From a virus (Duplodnaviria > Caudoviricetes), in the IMG/VR virus record IMGVR_UViG_3300042363_000224, positions 1 through 38,112 of that record: 38,112 nucleotides of DNA. One strand, written 5' to 3'. Made by a program: the position numbers and the translations under genes. This document shows, one piece after another, positions 28,479 through 35,904 of the stretch. Each line of letters opens with the position of its first letter. The first letter of the stretch is position 1. The notes beneath the pieces are model-generated. The model was not told the origin of the DNA and ran no database searches. It was given only the letters and a program-made list of their open reading frames with translations.

Positions 28479-28853
28479 TTAAACTGTTGTTATACGGTTA
28501 ACATACCCATAAACAACGATACTGGTGTTGGTTGCGGCATAAGCCGTAATCAACTTAGGTGTAGCGTTACCCGAAAGCAACAAACCAGCAACAATAAGGT
28601 ACAAACCGTTTTCAGCCTTAACTGTGTATTCAATTTCGTTTGTTCCAGCAGTTACACCACCATATTGAATGGTGAGTTTGCGGTCAGTGGTATCATAGTT
28701 CACTGCATATAACCAAACTTCATCAATAACTGATGTGTTGGATGAGCCAGTGTGAATCGTTGGACCTGCCACACCAGACGAACCTGAGTTAATCAGAAGT
28801 CCAAGACCGTTGCCTGTGCCGCTTAGAGGTATTTTGCTAAATGTTGTTGCCAT
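28479..28853 (-). CDS. Putative virion structural protein
   Basis: DEVWLYA.N...VYGYVNRI beta protein upstream of the fibre gene. Confidence 0.6.
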   Translation of the reverse strand: MATTFSKIPLSGTGNGLGLLINSGSSGVAGPTIHTGSSNTSVIDEVWLYAVNYDTTDRKLTIQYGGVTAGTNEIEYTVKAENGLYLIVAGLLLSGNATPKLITAYAATNTSIVVYGYVNRITTV

Positions 28854-28874
28854 AATAGTATTCCTTTTGTTCCC

Positions 28875-29186
28875 TTACCAAATTAAAGTATAAATTTCCT
28901 GTTCAACCGTATCATAACGGTCAAAAACCCGTAACTCCAACCATTCGTCACTATCCGTGACATCAAATGTCACAAAATCGTACACATCAACAAAATAGTT
29001 GTTTGTTAAATCTCCTAGAGTTGTTCCAGTTGTACCCTCCGAAACAAAAAACTCGGTTTGAAGGGTCCCCCGATACTGCAAACCTTTGTCAGACCAGAAA
29101 GCGTACAACAAGTCACCAAGGGTTTGCCCTGCTGACGGATACGACTTTGAAAGAGCCTCAAACATCGCATCATTAGTTGTTGTCAT
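28875..29186 (-). CDS. Hypothetical protein
   Basis: ORF with internally repeated TLGDL. Confidence 0.65.
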   Translation of the reverse strand: MTTTNDAMFEALSKSYPSAGQTLGDLLYAFWSDKGLQYRGTLQTEFFVSEGTTGTTLGDLTNNYFVDVYDFVTFDVTDSDEWLELRVFDRYDTVEQEIYTLIW

Positions 29187-29313
29187 AATCTCTCATCTTC
29201 CTAGGTTCACCCTCACAGCATGAATCCTTAAAGCCACACTCAGGGCAACGCCATCTGGTCGCAACAGGAGGATACTCACACCCACAAGTCGGACATTCTA
29301 TCGTTGAACCCAC
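29173..29313 (-). CDS. 46-aa Zn-finger micro-protein (not in ORF track)
   Basis: GTG start overlapping the terS stop; CPTCG...CPECGFKDSCC. Confidence 0.7.
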   Translation of the reverse strand: MGSTIECPTCGCEYPPVATRWRCPECGFKDSCCEGEPRKMRDYDNN

Positions 29314-29735
29314 TATTGTGCTTTTAGTTCCTTACGGGACTCAACCTCAGATTGAGCGACTGACGCTATAAGGCTGTCTAGTTCGGCATCTGTGATTTCT
29401 GATGGTTTGCTGGAGTGTTCTACATGGACTTGGGTTGGGGCTAGACGGTTGGTGGCTTGCAAATACAGTTTGGCGGAGTTGTTGTCGCCAGCCAAGGCAC
29501 GCTCATAAAGATTATCTAATAGTTTTTGGGTTCGTTCTGGGGATTGTTGGAGTTCGGATACTCGTTTTTCCCATTCCATTTTGAACGCTGGTTTCTTTTT
29601 CCATCTGCGTAAAGTCGTTTCATCTACACCTTCTAGGATGGCATATTTTTCTTGTGAGGATGGTACACGGTTTGGTGGTGGGACCATTAGCCAGTTCAAA
29701 AACTTTTCTTGCCTTGGGTCTAAGATGTTGTCCAT
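29313..29735 (-). CDS. Putative terminase small subunit (N-terminal HTH)
   Basis: QEKYAILEGVDETTLRRWKKKPAF HTH, A..GD..SAKLYL, C-terminal TDAELD; first late gene. Confidence 0.65.
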   Translation of the reverse strand: MDNILDPRQEKFLNWLMVPPPNRVPSSQEKYAILEGVDETTLRRWKKKPAFKMEWEKRVSELQQSPERTQKLLDNLYERALAGDNNSAKLYLQATNRLAPTQVHVEHSSKPSEITDAELDSLIASVAQSEVESRKELKAQ

Positions 29736-29755
29736 GCCATTAGGTGAAATGTTCC
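29735..29755 (-). promoter_or_regulatory. Late-gene GGAAC-N8-TA motif (representative copy; others at 13041, 15998, 17679, 20000, 22226, 25288, 28869)
   Basis: GGAAC atttcacc TAATGGC ATG; same spacing to the start codon at several late genes. Confidence 0.75.
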
Positions 29756-29935
29756 TAACTTGTATTGAACTTGTCTAGGGAACACAGGGAACAAGGGTGG
29801 GGGGAACCTACGGAGGGGGGTAGGATAAGTAGGTACACTGAGCCTACTGGCGAAGTGTACAATAGTGAAGGTAAGGATAAAACCATCTTACAGATGGTTT
29901 TGCTAATTGTTGTTTTAGCATGGACAAAAGGGCTT

Positions 29936-30085
29936 ATGGGAACATTACTTGTAATTGTAGGAACAGCGTTTGCTACCTTGTTTGGTATAGCATTGTTTTT
30001 GAGAGCATTTTTCAAAACTTTAGAAAGTTTTGATTACGATATTGAATACGAAATGGACAAATATTATGAAACCAAAAGACGCTAG
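29936..30085 (+). CDS. Possible small membrane protein
   Basis: MGTLLVIVGTAFATLFGIALFL...; ATG 29936 preferred over the TTG at 29765. Confidence 0.45.
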   Translation: MGTLLVIVGTAFATLFGIALFLRAFFKTLESFDYDIEYEMDKYYETKRR

Positions 30086-30341
30086 CCCACCAACAAAAGA
30101 CCCTGAGGTGATTCAGGGCGCACGCATGTATCTACGGGACAATGTTATGCCATCAATTCGCAAACAAAGTCTATCTAGGGAATATAAGAGTCCGAAACGG
30201 TTTGTTAAGGCTATGATGGACACAATCACCGAGGGTGATATATCACAAAAGTTTTCTGATGGTGACTGGCAGCCAGTAGCAGAAAACATGTTGATGCAAC
30301 TATGGCAGAACCAAAACAAGATGCGGGTAAAGCGACCATAA
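30066..30341 (+). CDS. Hypothetical protein
   Basis: ORF from MKPKD, packed tightly. Confidence 0.6.
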   Translation: MKPKDASPPTKDPEVIQGARMYLRDNVMPSIRKQSLSREYKSPKRFVKAMMDTITEGDISQKFSDGDWQPVAENMLMQLWQNQNKMRVKRP

Positions 30342-30342
30342 T

Positions 30343-30567
30343 ATGGCTGCTAAGAAAAGAAAACCAGCCATAGAGTTGCCAAACCCACCACAATCCTATT
30401 ATGATAACGCTATGCCACGCAAACGACAACTGCGTAACAAGGACGAAATCTATACTGGCAACAGCCGAGGCACAGTAGGAATATATCGCAAACCTAAGAA
30501 GAAAAAGATTATGTTTGCAAGACCTGAAGTGAAATTAAACCTAAATAAACGATTTATGGAAGCATAA
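30343..30567 (+). CDS. Small basic protein
   Basis: Starts MAAKKRKPAIE. Confidence 0.7.
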   Translation: MAAKKRKPAIELPNPPQSYYDNAMPRKRQLRNKDEIYTGNSRGTVGIYRKPKKKKIMFARPEVKLNLNKRFMEA

Positions 30568-30851
30568 TGGCTGCTAAAAAGAAACGCCGACAACCAATAG
30601 TTCCAGATACCCTTGAAAGCAAAAAACAAAAAAAGTTTGAAAAGGCTGTATGGCTACCAAAAGGTGTAGATAAAACGGTTTACCGTAAAGACCTAGCACC
30701 ATTAAAACCAGAAAAACTAAAACCATTCAAATCAGAATACAACAAATATCGCCCAATGAACCCATGGGACCCAAATTTGCCACCAGAAGTAAAAAGAATG
30801 TACACCACTAAAGCAAAAAAGAAAAACAAACGCAAAGGTATGACCGCATAA
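30567..30851 (+). CDS. Small basic protein
   Basis: Starts MAAKKKRRQP; TAATG coupling. Confidence 0.7.
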   Translation: MAAKKKRRQPIVPDTLESKKQKKFEKAVWLPKGVDKTVYRKDLAPLKPEKLKPFKSEYNKYRPMNPWDPNLPPEVKRMYTTKAKKKNKRKGMTA

Positions 30852-31174
30852 TGGCAACCTCAAAACCATCACGGGACCCACGACTAGCAAGAGCAGGTGT
30901 ATCAGGCTACAACCAGCCAAAACGCACACCAAACCACCCAACCAAATCCCACATTGTCGTAGCAAAATCAGGCGGACAAATCAAAACCCTAAGATTCGGG
31001 CAACAAGGTGTTAAAACCAACCTAACAGCAGGACAGAACAAGGCGTTCAAATCCCGTCACGCACCCAATATCGCTAAAGGACCTATGTCACCAGCATGGT
31101 GGGCAGACAAAGTGAAATGGGACAAATCAAAAACAGCCCAACCAAAAAACCAGAAATGGGTCAAAGGCTCATAA
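30851..31174 (+). CDS. Conserved basic phage protein of unknown function
   Basis: PKRTP.HPTKSH...RFGQQG...FKSRH...WWADKVKW pattern, recalled as common in aquatic phages. Confidence 0.75.
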   Translation: MATSKPSRDPRLARAGVSGYNQPKRTPNHPTKSHIVVAKSGGQIKTLRFGQQGVKTNLTAGQNKAFKSRHAPNIAKGPMSPAWWADKVKWDKSKTAQPKNQKWVKGS

Positions 31175-31175
31175 A

Positions 31176-31577
31176 ATGGGATACACCAAACCACAACTAA
31201 GAGCAAGAATAGTTGCAGCCGTCAAGGCTGGAACCGCAGGAGGAAACGCAGGACAATGGTCCGCACGCAAAGCCCAAATCGTAGCACAACGCTATGAGAA
31301 GGCTGGCGGAGGTTACACAGGAACCAAAACCAAAGCCCAATCCAACCTGAGTAAATGGACAAAAGAAAAATGGACAACCAAATCAGGTAAACCATCCACC
31401 CAAGGACCCAACGCCACAGGCGAAAGATACCTACCAAAAGACGCAATCAACAGACTATCAACATCAGAATACGCTGCCACCACAAAAAAGAAGCGTGAAG
31501 GCATCAAATCAGGAAAACAGTTCGTACCAAACACTAAAGCAGCACGGACAGCAGGACGAGCAGCCCGAAAATCATAA
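31176..31577 (+). CDS. Conserved basic protein (DUF5872-like)
   Basis: GQWSARKAQ....YEKAGGGY, L.KWTKEKW, ERYLPK. Confidence 0.7.
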   Translation: MGYTKPQLRARIVAAVKAGTAGGNAGQWSARKAQIVAQRYEKAGGGYTGTKTKAQSNLSKWTKEKWTTKSGKPSTQGPNATGERYLPKDAINRLSTSEYAATTKKKREGIKSGKQFVPNTKAARTAGRAARKS

Positions 31578-31933
31578 CACAATATATTTTTTTGTGTACC
31601 ACCCCCATATAAAAATTTCACAATTCGGCTCTACCTCCTTCAATAAATAAATACATATAGGGGCGTACCCCCCCATGCTCCCCTATGCGGTGTGCGGTGT
31701 GGCTAGGCGAGGTTTGGATTATGGTTTCGGCTTTATGATTCGGCATAATGTGCCACCAAATTTCCACGATGTGCTAAACGCATGCGTGTGACGGGGGTGC
31801 ATGAGCCGAGGCTCCAACCAATGCATAATCTTTTGGGGTCGTATTCGGGATTTTGTTCATCGCCTGCTTTGCGGGAATATTCCTGCGCATTATGCATAGG
31901 ATATATCTTGGGAAAAGTCACACGATGAAAAGG

Positions 31934-31965
31934 TTGACATTTGTTTTTGGCTGTGTCATTAATGT
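31934..31965 (+). promoter_or_regulatory. Putative early promoter
   Basis: Perfect TTGACA; the -10 region (TGTCATTAAT) is imperfect. Confidence 0.45.
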
Positions 31966-31969
31966 TTGG

Positions 31970-32456
31970 CATCGGAATCGGCAACGGTAATCCGACAGGG
32001 CATGGAATCCTGTTGGGTAGGGTCACCACAACCGAACGAAGTGCTGAGCAATACGAATCGGCACACCACACAGCGACACCTCATGGCGAATGTCATGGGT
32101 TATGGATGGCTGTTGGAGTCGCAGGGCAACCTATTCTTCCACAATGAAATGTGGAACGGCGTAAAGCGACACGAACAATGTTTGCATTGTTCAACTTAGT
32201 TGATGCATGGACAATCTGTAGATTGTGTTTGGTGTTGACCCCATTAGATAGCCGAAGGCTTAGTTGGCTTCGGTGAAGTGACGGGGAACGGGACATAATC
32301 GGAATTACATGCAAAGACATGAAATGTCCCCATGATTGATTGCAATGTTCATGGGGTCACGGGAGGTTTGCAGGCTGTGAAAATCCTTGCGGTGATGGAC
32401 GCATTATGCTAGAGTCACTACGAGGATTAGCGAGGTTCAATTCCTTGCCTTTCCGC
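31970..32456 (+). ncRNA. Candidate large structured ncRNA with 3' tRNA-like domain
   Basis: No credible ORF; more than 10 nested helices with G-U pairs; terminal T-arm GCGAGG-TTCAATT-CCTTGC. Confidence 0.6.
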
Positions 32457-32511
32457 TATGTCCTAAGGGACATAATCATAATCACCTATTACAACTGGAG
32501 GTTGTAACATT

Positions 32512-32832
32512 ATGAAACTAGAAGCAATGTCAGTGAATGTGACACCATTCAAGAATGGTGTCCGAAAGAATGTTGGCAATTGGTCGTTCGTGGACAACAA
32601 TGACGGTAACTTTAATTACCGTCAAATTTTGCATCATGGAACTCTCTTGGGAGAGTTTTACTGTGACTGTGATGATGTGAGTTGGGGCTTTGCCCCGTTG
32701 TCCACTGGTTGGGGTTCTGCATCGGACCAAATGGGTATGAATAAAATCCTGAAGGATTTCGGTTGGACATTCCGTAGGAATGGTGGCGAGGCTCGTTTTG
32801 AGCATGTTTCGGGACGCAAGTTCCCTAACTGA
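32512..32832 (+). CDS. Hypothetical early protein
   Basis: ORF with GGAGGT SD. Confidence 0.8.
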   Translation: MKLEAMSVNVTPFKNGVRKNVGNWSFVDNNDGNFNYRQILHHGTLLGEFYCDCDDVSWGFAPLSTGWGSASDQMGMNKILKDFGWTFRRNGGEARFEHVSGRKFPN

Positions 32833-32981
32833 CTTTGGTCAGTGGGACGAAATAGCACACCGATTTGGTGTGGGCAGTGCAATTCTGCTATCGTCCACTA
32901 TGGTGGACTCAGCCAATGGGGTTGAGTCATTAGATGTCCGTGAACGGACAGCCATTCAATACATAATGGGAGGATAACATT

Positions 32982-34265
32982 ATGGCAACATCAGCAAACA
33001 CAGTTGTATCTATTGATACAAACAACAGGAGAATCACTTTCCGTACCGATACAGGTCGGGAATATAAGACTCACATCAGCATGCTAAGCAAAAACGAACT
33101 CATCAAGGTTGGCTCGTTCCTTCAAGTCAAGTGGAACGGCACACCAATGCACAAGACAGTCGCTGAGATTGCTGGCATCGTAGATGAGGCTTTGGCACAG
33201 TTCAAAAGTGTTCCACAACCTACGGTTGAGAAGCCAATCGTTCGTACTTCGGAACCTGTCCCTGCTAAAGCAGTTCCAGTAAACGAAAGTTTGTCGCTAG
33301 ATGCGATGATGAAAATTGTGGTTGCAAACATTATGTCAACAATGCCAGTAGGGATTGACGAGAACGCTGTTCGTAACATCGTTTCCGATGTTGTTGACCC
33401 GATTGCGATGGACCATGCAGTAGCGTTGGACAGATTGTCCAGCAAAATTGATGCGATGCAACCGAAGGTTACACAAATCGTCATCAAGGACCGTCCGACA
33501 GTTACCCTAAAGGGTGTACAGCACAAGGCTTTTGCTGACATTATGATGTCAATATCTGCCCGTTGCAACACTTTCCTTGTGGGTCCTGCTGGCACTGGTA
33601 AGACAACAATGGTGCAACAAGTTGCTGATGCTTTGGGTTTGCGTTTTCATGCTGAAAACTTGACAGCCGCAACTACCGAGTATTCCCTAAAGGGCTTTAC
33701 TGATGCCAATAGCGGTTACAAAGCAACTCCACTTCGTGAATTGTTTGCGAATGGTGGCGTTTACTTGTTGGATGAGATTGACAATGCGAACCCCAATGTT
33801 TTGGGTGTTCTCAACAGTGCGTTGTCCAATGGCTTTATGGCTTTCCCTGATGGTATGGTGCAAAAGCATCCCGAGTTCATCGCTGTTGCGGCAGGTAATA
33901 CTTACGGCAACGGTGCAACGGCAGAGTATGTAGGACGGAATCCGATTGACGGTGCAACTTTGGACCGCTTCGCCTTTTTCAATGTTGACATTGATGAAGC
34001 GGTAGAGGATGCAATGCTTGCAGGGTTCGGTTTGCCTACGGCAACTGCTACTGCTTGGGTCAATGCGGTTCGCAAATCCCGTCAGAATGTCGCTGATAGC
34101 GGTTTACGAGTCATCGTGTCACCACGAGCCACAGCGAACGGTGCAGGGTTACTTGCTCAGGGCATGGACATGGACAAGGTGTACAGTGCCACAGTCCTGA
34201 AGGGTGCAAAGCATGACCAAGTTGAGAAAATTCGTCAAGGTGTAACCTTGACAGTAGCCGCTTAG
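32982..34265 (+). CDS. MoxR/CbbQ/CobS-like AAA+ ATPase
   Basis: GPAGTGKT, LLDEIDNA, AAGNT.G.G, DGATLDRF, SPRA. Confidence 0.9.
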   Translation: MATSANTVVSIDTNNRRITFRTDTGREYKTHISMLSKNELIKVGSFLQVKWNGTPMHKTVAEIAGIVDEALAQFKSVPQPTVEKPIVRTSEPVPAKAVPVNESLSLDAMMKIVVANIMSTMPVGIDENAVRNIVSDVVDPIAMDHAVALDRLSSKIDAMQPKVTQIVIKDRPTVTLKGVQHKAFADIMMSISARCNTFLVGPAGTGKTTMVQQVADALGLRFHAENLTAATTEYSLKGFTDANSGYKATPLRELFANGGVYLLDEIDNANPNVLGVLNSALSNGFMAFPDGMVQKHPEFIAVAAGNTYGNGATAEYVGRNPIDGATLDRFAFFNVDIDEAVEDAMLAGFGLPTATATAWVNAVRKSRQNVADSGLRVIVSPRATANGAGLLAQGMDMDKVYSATVLKGAKHDQVEKIRQGVTLTVAA

Positions 34266-34293
34266 TCCATTACGATTCAACTGGAGGTTGAAT

Positions 34294-35136
34294 ATGTCAA
34301 ATACAAAACTTATGCAACTTGACGGCAAAGCCGTTTATGTTGATTATTTCAACTCGTTTGGCGAGATGCTCAACTATGTTGAACGCAACCCAAAGTTTGC
34401 ACAATCCGACAAGGATGGCACACAGGGTTGGGATGGGATGCGGAACTTTGCTGATGCATCACAATTAGCCCGTGATGGTTGGCATGATGTTCGTCCTGAG
34501 GTTGATAAGTTGCTCAACCAAATGTCGGATGTCATTGCTGAGCGTTTGGAAATTGCTCCTGCGATGACATGGAATGTCGCTGGTGGTGTTGTGGATGTTG
34601 GTCGTTACTGTGGTAACGAACCGATGTGCATGATTGATTTTCCGATGGAACCACAGGAACGAATGGGCAAGGTGGTCAAAATGTTTATTGACTACGGTGC
34701 ATCGGCTTCGTTCAGTGGCGATTTCATTATGAAACGGGGCATCGTGTTGTTGGCTCTTGTGGATACTTTGCAGAAACTTGGTGTTTCTGTTGAGATTTAC
34801 GGCGAGACAGCAATCTCTAGTGGCGGTACGATGCATACCACGGTAACGAAGTTGCATGACCCAACAGACAAGTTGGACATTGACGAACTGATGTTCACTT
34901 TGGCTCATCCTGCGATGCTTCGCCGTATGGCGTTCGCTGTTCGGGAGATGTCATCCTGTGCCAAATCAATCAGTGCTGTTCAAGGCGGTTCGTATGGTTC
35001 AACACGACACACGATGTATGCCCCGACTGTCAATGCTGATGTTCGGATGGAACGCTTGGAACATGCGGCAACACAGTGCATGGAGAATCCTGTGGAATGG
35101 GTTATGCAAACCATAACTGGTTTGAATCTAGTGTAG
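34294..35136 (+). CDS. vWA-like partner of the AAA ATPase
   Basis: Degenerate MIDAS-like FIDYGASAS, HPAMLRR; directly downstream of the AAA gene. Confidence 0.6.
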   Translation: MSNTKLMQLDGKAVYVDYFNSFGEMLNYVERNPKFAQSDKDGTQGWDGMRNFADASQLARDGWHDVRPEVDKLLNQMSDVIAERLEIAPAMTWNVAGGVVDVGRYCGNEPMCMIDFPMEPQERMGKVVKMFIDYGASASFSGDFIMKRGIVLLALVDTLQKLGVSVEIYGETAISSGGTMHTTVTKLHDPTDKLDIDELMFTLAHPAMLRRMAFAVREMSSCAKSISAVQGGSYGSTRHTMYAPTVNADVRMERLEHAATQCMENPVEWVMQTITGLNLV

Positions 35137-35145
35137 ATGTCCATT

Positions 35146-35190
35146 GGTGTAACAGGGTGGTGATTTTATCCTCCGCTACCTTGTTACACC
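35146..35190 (+). promoter_or_regulatory. 15-bp leader hairpin with TCCTCC in the loop
   Basis: ggtgtaacagggtgg pairs with ctaccttgttacacc. Confidence 0.65.
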
Positions 35191-35233
35191 TTTGGTGTAA
35201 AATATAAACAACAACACAACCTTGGAGGTTGAA

Positions 35234-35689
35234 ATGAAAAAGCAATTAGCACGGACATTGTTCATGTGGGTCTTGTATGGGGTCACATTGTGGGTTGGTT
35301 TCGGGTGGTTCGGTTTACCGAACGCTTTTATGCCAATGTTTATGACCTTTTTGGGTACTTCAGTACCTTTAGGGTTCGCTTTATGGGAGTCATTCATCTT
35401 TATGGGGATGAATGACCTAAGAAAAGATGCACGAGATGCAGAGTTGGAAACTTGGGCGAGAGATTTTTTCTCACCTTTGAAAGAGGACCAGTCATGGGAT
35501 GTCAGCATTCCTGCGCCGAATGGTTACCAGTTTGAAATTTGGTGGAATGGTGCGTTAGTGATGTGGCAAGCGGAACTGTGGGACATGACGGTTATGCCAA
35601 CAGCGATATGTGACCGTGATGTGTTTGTCACTAGGGACGAAGCGATTGATTGGTTCGTGAAAACTAGCAAGATGATTGACAAGTTCTAA
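35234..35689 (+). CDS. Membrane protein (2 N-terminal TM helices)
   Basis: GGAGGT SD before ATG 35234; hydrophobic N-terminal half. Confidence 0.75.
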   Translation: MKKQLARTLFMWVLYGVTLWVGFGWFGLPNAFMPMFMTFLGTSVPLGFALWESFIFMGMNDLRKDARDAELETWARDFFSPLKEDQSWDVSIPAPNGYQFEIWWNGALVMWQAELWDMTVMPTAICDRDVFVTRDEAIDWFVKTSKMIDKF

Positions 35690-35704
35690 GGCAATGTGTA
35701 AAAT
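35676..35704 (+). promoter_or_regulatory. Strong sigma70/SigA-type promoter
   Basis: TTGACA-N17-TAAAAT. Confidence 0.8.
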
Positions 35705-35733
35705 AACTAGCGTAAACCGATTGGAGGTGAGTG

Positions 35734-35892
35734 ATGCTTACGAACTACAAAGAGTGGACAACGGATGAACTGTTGAAGCAGTTGCAAAGCAACCGTGTTG
35801 TTGTGTTCAACAGGAACAATGACAACACAGTAATTGTGGAAATTCTAGAAACTAGAATGAAAGAAATGAAGGAGGTCATGTACAACGACTAA
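35734..35892 (+). CDS. 52-aa hypothetical protein (not in ORF track)
   Basis: GGAGGTGA SD; MLTNYKEWTTDELL...VMYND. Confidence 0.7.
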   Translation: MLTNYKEWTTDELLKQLQSNRVVVFNRNNDNTVIVEILETRMKEMKEVMYND

Positions 35893-35904
35893 TAGATACA
35901 ACAC

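Noticed and set aside
31733-32320. Short track ORFs in the 31.7-32.3 kb gap
   Set aside because: No SD, mutually overlapping and atypical composition; the region is better explained as structured RNA.
32360-32456. Canonical tRNA or full tmRNA gene
   Set aside because: No D-stem, no 5-bp/7-nt anticodon arm, no tag reading frame; kept only as a tRNA-like element.
32982-35136. Cobalamin biosynthesis (cobS/cobT) auxiliary metabolic genes
   Set aside because: No cobN or other cob genes; only the generic AAA+/vWA architecture is supported.
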